Shown here in pieces: positions 1 through 7,184 of a DNA stretch of 24,000 nucleotides. The DNA is taken from the NCBI RefSeq assembly GCF_030296015.1, contig NZ_AP027368.1, positions 3,496,839-3,520,838 of the forward strand, read 5' to 3'. The position numbers and the translations under genes were made by a program. Every line of letters begins with the position of its first letter. Within the stretch, counting starts at the first letter, position 1. The notes beneath the pieces are model-generated. The model did not search any database and was not told where the DNA came from. It saw only the letters and a list, made by a program, of their open reading frames with translations. Source of the stretch: Ferrimonas sp. YFM (lineage in GTDB: Bacteria; Pseudomonadota; Gammaproteobacteria; Enterobacterales; Shewanellaceae).

Positions 1-1
1 G

Positions 2-580
2 GTCAAAGCGATCCTGCTGACCGACGACAAGCTCACCGTGGCTGCTCTGGGCGCCAACGCCGGGGCCGGCGGCGCCATGATGGCGCTGGCCTGCGATCAG
101 GTGGTGGCCAGAGAGGGGATTGTTCTCAACCCCCACTACCAGAGCATGGGGCTCTACGGCTCCGAGTACTGGACCTACTCCCTGCCCAAGCGGGTTGGCG
201 AAGCCAGGGCTCGCCAGCTCACCCAGGCCTGTCTGCCGGTGGGGACCACCCAGGCCCTCAAAATGGGACTGGTGGACAAGGTCCTCGAAGAGGCGGCCTC
301 TTGCTATGAACGCCAGCTCAGCGACTACTGCCTGACCCTGGCCAGCGATCAGGAGTTTCACAGCAGGTTGAAGGCCAAGGCGAGGACCCGAGCCCGCGAT
401 GAAGCCCGCCACCCCCTGGCGGAATACCGCCGTCATGAACTGACCAAGATGCACCACTGCTTCTACGAGCCGGACAGCCACTACCACAGACTGCGCAAGG
501 AGTTTGTCTACAAGGTGTGCCCCTGCTCGACCCCACAGAGACTGATTTACACCGATCCTAGGGTGAAACGCACCGGCTAG
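2..580 (+). CDS. C-terminal part of a crotonase-fold (enoyl-CoA hydratase/isomerase family) protein, HypX/HoxX-like; 5' end lies outside the window
   Basis: Frame 2 is open from nt 2 (VKAILLTDDKLTVAALGANAGAGG...), so the ORF-track Met at 38 is internal. GANAGAGGAMMALACD looks like a crotonase oxyanion-hole segment. NPHYQSMGLYGSEYWTYSLPKRVG resembles the C-terminal half of hydrogenase maturation factor HypX/HoxX (recognised from memory, no search run). Confidence 0.6.
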   Translation, partial: VKAILLTDDKLTVAALGANAGAGGAMMALACDQVVAREGIVLNPHYQSMGLYGSEYWTYSLPKRVGEARARQLTQACLPVGTTQALKMGLVDKVLEEAASCYERQLSDYCLTLASDQEFHSRLKAKARTRARDEARHPLAEYRRHELTKMHHCFYEPDSHYHRLRKEFVYKVCPCSTPQRLIYTDPRVKRTG

Positions 581-683
581 CCCCGCCATCCGGCCCTCGC
601 GGCACAGGGCCGGTACCACTCTGATAAATCCCGGGCGACTCAGGATAAATTATTGATATAAAATAGGGATAATTAAGGACCTG

Positions 684-1433
684 ATGGACATTTTCGAGGA
701 TCCCATGACTCAAGGACGTACCCTCACTCCCGAGGATCTCAAGGCCCGGGCAATCCGCTTCTACGAACGTTATGGCAAGGATATGGAGCAGATCAGCGAT
801 CTGCTCAACATTCGGTTAAGCCAACTGGCCCAGGCCTACACCCTGGAGAACGCCCTGCCTCAGGAGGCCATCACCATCACCACCCGGGTTAAAAGCCTGG
901 GCAGCTTCCTGAAAAAGCTGGAGAAACGTGGCTGGCCCCAGTTCTACTACCCCACCGAAGTGATTCAGGACTTGATTGGCGCCCGGGTGGTGTGCTGGTT
1001 TGTGGATGACTGTCGCGGCATGGAAAAATTCATCGCCGGCTCCAAGCACCTCACCATCCATGAAGAGATTGAAGACTACATCGACGAGCCCAAGCCATCG
1101 GGTTACCGCTCCATCCATCTGCTGGCAGACGTCGGCTATGACAGAGTGCACCGCAGCGGACGAGAGGTGGAGATTCAGGATGGGTCCATGGTGTGTGAGA
1201 TTCAGATTCGCACCATGCTTCAGGATGCCTGGGGCCAGATTACCCACGAGTTCCACTACAAGGCTCAAAGCGCCGGGGTAAACAACCGTTTCTATGAGCG
1301 GATCCTGGCGGAGATCGCCAGTCGCCTGAGTAACGAGGACAACTCCCTGCTGACCCTGAGAGATGCCTACCAGGATCTGGCCAAGGAGCAGATCAAACCC
1401 TCCTCCCATGAAGGGATCAAGGGCGCAGATTAA
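684..1433 (+). CDS. RelA/SpoT-domain small alarmone synthetase ((p)ppGpp synthetase, RelV/RelP/RelQ-type, single domain)
   Basis: Synthetase motifs are present: RVKSLGSFLKKL, DLIGARVV, GYRSIHL and EIQIRTMLQDAWGQITHEFHYK. At 249 aa there is no HD hydrolase or TGS/ACT domain. AAGGA lies a few nt upstream of the ATG. Confidence 0.85.
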   Translation: MDIFEDPMTQGRTLTPEDLKARAIRFYERYGKDMEQISDLLNIRLSQLAQAYTLENALPQEAITITTRVKSLGSFLKKLEKRGWPQFYYPTEVIQDLIGARVVCWFVDDCRGMEKFIAGSKHLTIHEEIEDYIDEPKPSGYRSIHLLADVGYDRVHRSGREVEIQDGSMVCEIQIRTMLQDAWGQITHEFHYKAQSAGVNNRFYERILAEIASRLSNEDNSLLTLRDAYQDLAKEQIKPSSHEGIKGAD

Positions 1434-1442
1434 GCCGGGCCG

Positions 1443-1922
1443 CTACCAGCGGATATCGATGGGCGTCCCCACGGGCACCAAAGCCATAAACTCGTCCATC
1501 TCGTCATTGGTCAGGGCGATGCAACCATCGGTCCAGTTGAACCATTGGGTCAGCGGCGCCAGCCACCCCAGGCCATTGCGCTGGCCATGCACCATGATCA
1601 GGCCTCCCGGGGAGACGCCGCGCTCTGCGGCACTCTGCCGGTCCTGCTCATTGGGATAGCTGATGTGCATCGCCCGATAGAAGCTGGAGTCCTCTTTGGC
1701 ATAGTCGAGTATGTAGCGCCCCTCCGGGGTCTTCTCATCGCCCTCCTGCTGCTTATGCCCCTGAGGATTGGCGCCAAAGGCCACGGCGTAACTGCGCACC
1801 ACCTCGCCCTGGCCCACCAGCTCCATACGCCCCTCTGACTTATCTACCCTGACCAGGTCCACCTGGGCCAGGGTGGGAGGGCTCACCAGCGCCATCAACA
1901 GCACAATGTTTTTAAAATTCAC
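1443..1922 (-). CDS. Periplasmic L,D-transpeptidase (YkuD) family protein
   Basis: The C-terminal catalytic pattern VHG...WTDGCIALTNDEM (His...Gly-Cys) is typical of YkuD domains. I place the start at GTG 1922, giving (M)NFKNIVLLMALVSPPTLAQ, a signal peptide preceded by GGAAGGAAAGG. The ORF-track start at 1988 would run into the upstream terminator hairpin. Confidence 0.75.
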   Translation of the reverse strand: MNFKNIVLLMALVSPPTLAQVDLVRVDKSEGRMELVGQGEVVRSYAVAFGANPQGHKQQEGDEKTPEGRYILDYAKEDSSFYRAMHISYPNEQDRQSAAERGVSPGGLIMVHGQRNGLGWLAPLTQWFNWTDGCIALTNDEMDEFMALVPVGTPIDIRW

Positions 1923-1979
1923 ACCCTTTCCTTCCGTTCCAATGTCGAAGTCAGCATGCCGGGGCCGGAACTGAAACGC

Positions 1980-2009
1980 AATAAACAAAGGGCCACCCTC
2001 AGGTGGCCC
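1980..2009 (-). terminator. Rho-independent terminator downstream of the nuclease gene
   Basis: A perfect 8-bp stem GGGCCACC/GGTGGCCC (1990-1997 / 2002-2009) has a 4-nt loop. On the minus strand it is followed by TTTGTTTATT. Confidence 0.7.
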
Positions 2010-2026
2010 TATCTGCGAAGAGACCT

Positions 2027-3631
2027 TTACCAGATCATCTCCACAAATTCAGGATGGTCGACGAAGGGGTTACGGTTGCCCTGATGCTCAAACGCCGCCT
2101 GGTTGCGATCCCGCTCCTTCTGACTCACAGGATCATCCAGATGCCACTGCTTCAGCAGGGCCAGCAGCCAGGGTTCGAACACCCGGTCCGCGCTGCCGTC
2201 CAGCACCAGATCGGAGTTGCTGCTGTTGCTTTCCCAGCCGGCAACCTTGTCCTGGTAACGGGTGGCCATATAGAAGTAGGCACGGGCCAGATCGCCCTTG
2301 AACTCATCGATGGGTTCAAACAGGGTGCGACCACTGGCATCGGTGCCCAATTTGGAGCCATTGCCTGAGGTATAGCTGGCGCTGACCACCTCGCCATAGG
2401 GGTAGTTGCTGCGCTTGGCATTCACATAACCATCGGTGGCAAAGATGTGGTGCACATCGGAGTTCATCGGCTCCACCTTGCCGCCAAACCAGCTCTTGGG
2501 GAAGGAGTGCTCGCGGTTGTAGCAGTCGCCCTCGCGGCTGTAGCTGCCACATTGGTCCTGACCGGCGCTGAAGTGGACGCTGTCACCGGACGTAGGCTTC
2601 TCCGAGTAGATGTCCAGGATGGAGCCATCGTTCTCGTAATAGTTGTCCAGCTCATTGGCCTGGTAGAATTGCCACAGGGCGCTGTACCCTTGGGAGGAGT
2701 GTCCCTTGATGATGTTGTGCAGTTCATTCTTGAGGGAGTAACCGGTCATGCCTTCGGCACTCAGGTAGTAGGCTTCCAGGTTGGTGGCACCGCCGTTGTC
2801 ACCACCACCGTTGTCACCTCCGCCGGCGCCCACGGTAAAGCTGCTGCTCTGGCTGTAGGTGAACTGGCTCCCCTGCACCACCACCTGTCCACCGATCTCG
2901 ATGCTGTAACCGGCACTGCCCAGGAGTCCGTCACCATAGCTGTCGTTGATGGTAAAGCGGTAATCCCCGTCGGCCAGGCAGAAAGTCTCTGTCACCTGTT
3001 CATTGTTGCCATAACCGTTGCCACTGTAGAGCTCAGTGCCCTGGGCATCGGCCAGATTCCAGGAGGTTTCGCTGCCATAACCATCTGTGGTCAGGGACAG
3101 AGTTGCCTCGGTATCCTCGCAGCCGGGCACGGGAGTCGAATCATTGCGTGGACGGAAATTATCCACATAAACGGTCTCGTTGCCGTCGAAGCCGCTTTCA
3201 TCATAGAAGCGCAACCCGACCTCTATGTTGCCTGTGCTGCTGGGGGTATAGCTGTGGCTCAGCGTCTGCCACTGACCGGTCAGTGCAGGATTGGAGTAAC
3301 CCTGGTAGGCGCCCACATAGAGTCGTGCCTTGACGTTACCTTCGGTGTGGTAGAGATCCACCGACACCTCAATGGGCACCCCGGCGGTCACGGGAATGGA
3401 CTGCCTGAAATCGGTATTACTCTGAGTTCCGGTCAACACCTCCACCTGAGCGGAGCTGTTGCCGGTGGTGGCATAAGCAGTCGACTGACTGAGACGAATG
3501 CCACTGTCTATGGTGGTCCATCCCTGCGGCGTTCCACCGCTCCAAGTTTCAAAATCGCCATTGTCTATCTGTGCCTGAGCGGCACCGGACAGCAGTAGTA
3601 GAGCCCCGGAAAGGCCGATTAGCTGTTTCAT
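2027..3631 (-). CDS. Secreted multidomain nuclease: signal peptide + CBM-like jelly-roll domain + Cys-bracketed beta domain + Gly/Asp/Asn linker + C-terminal Endonuclease I (EndA/Vvn/Dns/Bsn family) domain
   Basis: The C-terminal domain carries REHSFPKSWFGG...SDVHHIFATDGYVNAKRSNYPYG...GNRNPFVDHPEFV, the Endonuclease-I type His-Me finger pattern. I place the start at ATG 3631 (MKQLIGLSGALLLLSGAAQAQ, signal peptide, AGGA just upstream) rather than the ORF-track 3715. Confidence 0.8.
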   Translation of the reverse strand: MKQLIGLSGALLLLSGAAQAQIDNGDFETWSGGTPQGWTTIDSGIRLSQSTAYATTGNSSAQVEVLTGTQSNTDFRQSIPVTAGVPIEVSVDLYHTEGNVKARLYVGAYQGYSNPALTGQWQTLSHSYTPSSTGNIEVGLRFYDESGFDGNETVYVDNFRPRNDSTPVPGCEDTEATLSLTTDGYGSETSWNLADAQGTELYSGNGYGNNEQVTETFCLADGDYRFTINDSYGDGLLGSAGYSIEIGGQVVVQGSQFTYSQSSSFTVGAGGGDNGGGDNGGATNLEAYYLSAEGMTGYSLKNELHNIIKGHSSQGYSALWQFYQANELDNYYENDGSILDIYSEKPTSGDSVHFSAGQDQCGSYSREGDCYNREHSFPKSWFGGKVEPMNSDVHHIFATDGYVNAKRSNYPYGEVVSASYTSGNGSKLGTDASGRTLFEPIDEFKGDLARAYFYMATRYQDKVAGWESNSSNSDLVLDGSADRVFEPWLLALLKQWHLDDPVSQKERDRNQAAFEHQGNRNPFVDHPEFVEMIW

Positions 3632-3934
3632 CCTGTTTCCTCGCGTCATGACGCCACCTGAAGGTGGCTTGTTGTTGTTTCCCTGCCGGTGCAACACACC
3701 GGCTGACAGCTGCACTCGTAAACGTGTGCAGCTCGGATACTGACCAAATGATGTAATATTTCAATCATTAATCGAGAAAAGACTGTTCAAAATCAACTTT
3801 TTTGATTAACAAACGAAACATAAGCACAACAGATGCACACCTGGCACGCCCATCCTTCCAGTGGGAGCGCACCACAATGCAACACAGTAAAGTGACAGGA
3901 TTTTTATCGACTGATTACGGGGCCTGAAAGGGGA

Positions 3935-4564
3935 TCAGGCCAGGGAGGCAAGCACCCGGGAAACTTGGGCCTTGGGGGTCTTGGACAGCTTCTTCAACTG
4001 AGCAAAGCGAGGGGCACTCACTCCCCAGTCTCCTTGCAGATCCGCCAGCATCGCCATCCACAGATCCGCAGTCATCTGGGCATCGGCCAGGGCGCGGTGG
4101 AACACGCCATCATGGGGAATGGATTTGAAGGTCACCAGGGAGCCCAACTTGTGGTTGGGCGCTTCGGGATAGAGGCGGCGGGCCAGCAGCATGGAGCAGA
4201 CAAAGTCTCCGGCATAGTCCCGGCCAACGGCCGCCAGCTCGGCGTCCAGGAAGCGTTGGTCGAACGACGCGTTGTGTGCCACCATGTTGCAACCGTCGAT
4301 GAAGTCGGCAAAGCCATCCATCACCTCATCGCACCCCGGCGCACCCGCCAACATGGCGTTGGTGATGCCGGTATAGCCTTCGATGAAGCCACTGACCCGA
4401 AACCCTGGGTTCATCAGCTGCTGGAACCGGTCGACCACCTGCCCCTGGTGCAGCTTGACCGCCCCGATCTCTATGGCTCTGTCCCCCTGATTGGGAGAGA
4501 GGCCGGTGGTTTCAAAATCGAGCACCACCAGGGTATCGGCAGGCGTTTGGGTCAAGGCAGACAT
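3935..4564 (-). CDS. DEDDh 3'-5' exonuclease (DNA polymerase III epsilon-like / DnaQ superfamily)
   Basis: Exo I is [10 protein letters not shown], Exo II is [12 protein letters not shown] and Exo III is [14 protein letters not shown]. Size is 209 aa. Confidence 0.85.
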   Translation of the reverse strand: MSALTQTPADTLVVLDFETTGLSPNQGDRAIEIGAVKLHQGQVVDRFQQLMNPGFRVSGFIEGYTGITNAMLAGAPGCDEVMDGFADFIDGCNMVAHNASFDQRFLDAELAAVGRDYAGDFVCSMLLARRLYPEAPNHKLGSLVTFKSIPHDGVFHRALADAQMTADLWMAMLADLQGDWGVSAPRFAQLKKLSKTPKAQVSRVLASLA

Positions 4565-4623
4565 AGGTGTTCCAGTAGCAGTTTGGGGGCCAAGCTTACC
4601 CTAAGGCCTGCTGGGTTTACAGC

Positions 4624-5523
4624 TCAGAGGCGCACCAAGGGCAGCAATGTGACGCCCGCTTCAGACAGCTGGCCATACAAGGCCTCCACACGCTCTGAGG
4701 TGGTTTCGGCCAGACTCTGGCCCCGTTCGCCGACGCCGTGGTGCTGATAGCGATTGAGACGGAGCGCCGGGGGACTGGGCAGCGAGTGGTAGAGCTCGAT
4801 GAGTGCCGTCAGTTCGTCGTCACCGTCGTTGACGCCCTCCACCACCAGCCAGCGAAGCTCCGCCAGCTTGTTCGCCTGGGCCAGCAATTTAGCGCTGGCC
4901 AGCACCTGCTGGTTATCCCGGCCGGTCAGGCGCTTGTGGATGGCCGAATCCATCCCCTTGATGTCCAGCATCATCCCATCCACCCGCTCCAGCAAGGCCG
5001 GCCAGTGGCCCGCCGCCAGCAGGCCGTTGGAGTCGATCAACCGCCCCAGGTGGGCAGTGCGGCGATCCTGGTCCAGGGCATCACACAGCCTGACCAGAAA
5101 CTGACGCTGCAAGGTGGCTTCGCCGCCGGAGAAGGTGACGCCATCGAGCAGAGGAGCATGACGGGCAATGCGCTCCACCAGAGAGGCCACATCGAAGCTC
5201 ACCGCATTGGGGTTGCCACTTCTGGGGCAGTGAGGCAGGCAGAGATCGCAGCTTTGACACTGGCTTTCGTCACACAATTTGCGCTTACGCTGGCCAGAGC
5301 CCCGCTCAAGGGACAGGGCACCGTTGGGGCAGTGTTCGATGCAGTCGCCGCAATGGTTGCACTGGCCTATGGTCTGGGGGTTGTGACAGCCGGGGCAGTC
5401 CATGTTGCACCCCTGGAAGAACACCACCAGGCGGCTGCCCGGACCATCCACACAGCTGAAGGGCAGGATGCGGCTCACCATCCCGGGCCGGGGAGCCACT
5501 GGGGTCAGGGCTCTTATTTCCAC
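4624..5523 (-). CDS. yjjW: Glycyl-radical enzyme activating protein, YjjW family (radical SAM)
   Basis: FSCVDGPGSRLVVFFQGCNMDCPGCHNP contains the CX3CX2C radical-SAM cluster motif. Two further ferredoxin-like Cys clusters follow (CNHCGDCIEHCP, CQSCDLCLPHCP). The ATG overlaps the 3' end of yjjI by 10 nt. An alternative internal start at 5481 (MVSRILPF) cannot be excluded. Confidence 0.8.
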   Translation of the reverse strand: MEIRALTPVAPRPGMVSRILPFSCVDGPGSRLVVFFQGCNMDCPGCHNPQTIGQCNHCGDCIEHCPNGALSLERGSGQRKRKLCDESQCQSCDLCLPHCPRSGNPNAVSFDVASLVERIARHAPLLDGVTFSGGEATLQRQFLVRLCDALDQDRRTAHLGRLIDSNGLLAAGHWPALLERVDGMMLDIKGMDSAIHKRLTGRDNQQVLASAKLLAQANKLAELRWLVVEGVNDGDDELTALIELYHSLPSPPALRLNRYQHHGVGERGQSLAETTSERVEALYGQLSEAGVTLLPLVRL

Positions 5524-7061
5524 AGGGAAACCGGGTGCTGCTCCTGACTGACCACCCTGGCCTGACGCTCAAGAATTTTCACCACGTCCACCGCCTCTGC
5601 ACCCAGACAGGTGGAGTTATGCCGCTCCGCCTGATGGCGGAACTTGTCGATGTCGGAGCGCTTCACCATGTAACCGGTGACCCGGACCAAGTCGTTGTCC
5701 GACAGGTTGGCGGTGAACATCTTCAGGCCCATGCCAAAGCCGCCGCTGACCAGCCGCTCCAGGGCGCCGGGGTTGTGACGTATGGTCGGGTCCAGGCCAA
5801 AGATGTCGCTGATGCCGCCATCGAAGTATTGATGCATCGGGGCACAGGCGAGGATATGACTCAGGGGATCCGGCTCACTGCCCACGGGGATGCGGGTGCC
5901 GGCGGTCTCCTCCTTGTCGCAGGAGATGCCGGACTGGGAGTGCAGCCTCATCAGGCCGCCTTCACAGTGGATCATCTCCAGATGGTCCACCTGGCGACGA
6001 TAGGCGGCGACAATGCGCTCACCCAGTGCGGTGGCTTCCCGGTCCAGGCCAAAACGACCTGGCAAGCCCTTAGCATCCATCAACAGATTCACCAGTTCCG
6101 CCAGCCCATAGATGCCAAACATGGCGGTAAAGCGGTCCAAGGAAACCAACCCCTCCTTACACAGGAAGTGATGGTCAAAGAAACCGGACTCCACCACCAG
6201 GAAACGGATGCGATGGGTCATGGCACTGGCCATCAGCTCTGAGCAGCGGGGCACCACGTTGTCGATGTAATCCTGCTCACTGCCGTCACACAGCTCATAG
6301 GAGCGCAGCAGATTCAGCCGCAGCAGGGTGTGAGAACCGCCCCCAAGGGGCAGGGCGTTGTAACAACTGACCACCCCGTAGCCCTTATCAAACTCGGCGT
6401 CGATCGCCTCATGGTTGGCCACATGGGGCTTGTTGCAGGCGATGATGTTGTCGGTGACCCGGCGCAGCAGGTCATCCGGGGTCACCCCCTGCTGGTAACG
6501 GAAGGTCAGGTTGGGCACCGACTGGGCCAGCTTGGCATCCACCTTGAGAATCATCCGTCCGACCCGGCTGTCCTCGGGCCCCAGGTTGGCGTGCACAAAA
6601 GAGTCCGGCAGGGTGCGATCCAACCGTTGCCAGAACAGGGTCAGGGCTTTCTCCAGGTCGGCATCGTTCACCCCTTCCACATAGGGCTCCAGCAGCTGGT
6701 CCAGGTGACCGAGGAACACCGGATAACCGGTCACCGACGGCACATTGAGGTAGAGGATGGAGAGGAAGTTCAGCGCCTCATCCAGATCCTGCGGCGGTGC
6801 CATCTCGAGAAACTCACTGCCCTGGGTCATCGCCCTGGCGTAATCCGGCAAGACGTACCTGGGCTTGAATGGGCTCTGACTCTCAAACATGTCATGGAGA
6901 ATGCCACGCTCGAACGCCTGTTCCACCTCTTCGCCATAGGGATTTCTGGGCAGCAGAGACTCCGCCAGCTGGGCCAGGGCCAGCTGTTTCTGCGGCAGGG
7001 TGAGATTGGGATTGGTGATGTGGCCGAGCACGGCCTGCTGTAACTCTTCTATCTGGGACAT
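5514..7061 (-). CDS. yjjI: YjjI-family putative glycine-radical enzyme (substrate unknown)
   Basis: The 515-aa size and pairing with a YjjW-type activase match the family. The C-terminal segment NDLVRVTGYMVKRSD fits an RVxG glycyl-radical motif. Family assignment is from memory of E. coli YjjI/YjjW. Confidence 0.75.
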   Translation of the reverse strand: MSQIEELQQAVLGHITNPNLTLPQKQLALAQLAESLLPRNPYGEEVEQAFERGILHDMFESQSPFKPRYVLPDYARAMTQGSEFLEMAPPQDLDEALNFLSILYLNVPSVTGYPVFLGHLDQLLEPYVEGVNDADLEKALTLFWQRLDRTLPDSFVHANLGPEDSRVGRMILKVDAKLAQSVPNLTFRYQQGVTPDDLLRRVTDNIIACNKPHVANHEAIDAEFDKGYGVVSCYNALPLGGGSHTLLRLNLLRSYELCDGSEQDYIDNVVPRCSELMASAMTHRIRFLVVESGFFDHHFLCKEGLVSLDRFTAMFGIYGLAELVNLLMDAKGLPGRFGLDREATALGERIVAAYRRQVDHLEMIHCEGGLMRLHSQSGISCDKEETAGTRIPVGSEPDPLSHILACAPMHQYFDGGISDIFGLDPTIRHNPGALERLVSGGFGMGLKMFTANLSDNDLVRVTGYMVKRSDIDKFRHQAERHNSTCLGAEAVDVVKILERQARVVSQEQHPVSLWK

Positions 7062-7184
7062 GGGCGATCAACCACCGGGCCGCGTCGGGCCAAAACTTCA
7101 ACTGCCCCCATTCTCTCCCCTGAAAGCTGAAATTGGGCGGACCCAGATCACAAATCCGCGTCGGACCAGACCTGCCTGGGTAGC

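Noticed and set aside
684-1433. The small alarmone synthetase as the toxin of a toxSAS toxin-antitoxin or anti-phage module.
   Set aside because: There is no adjacent small co-oriented ORF that could encode an antitoxin. The 3' neighbour is a convergent L,D-transpeptidase gene only 9 nt away. This cannot be excluded without phylogeny, but nothing in the window supports it.
2793-2818. A short tandem nucleotide repeat (two 15-nt units sharing CCGTTGTCACC), considered as a possible repeat locus.
   Set aside because: It lies in frame inside the nuclease CDS and encodes the GGGDN-GGGDN interdomain linker. With only two copies it is neither a CRISPR nor a VNTR-type array.
2447-3598. Long antisense ORFs opposite other confident genes. 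Examples are 2447-3598, 3965-4747, 4738-5547, 5535-6242, 6330-7043, 7308-8570, 9191-9838, 10081-10713, 10834-11496, 18110-18934, 18962-19765, 21367-22149 and 22159-23067.
   Set aside because: Each lies entirely within, and antisense to, a CDS with strong family motifs. Their products are compositionally biased and motif-free, so I treat them as GC-driven shadow ORFs.
3791-3807. An AT-rich palindrome AATCAA-N5-TTGATT upstream of the nuclease gene, considered as an FNR box.
   Set aside because: The half-sites are in the opposite order to the FNR consensus TTGAT-N4-ATCAA and the spacing differs. A 6-bp AT palindrome in AT-rich intergenic DNA is not significant on its own.
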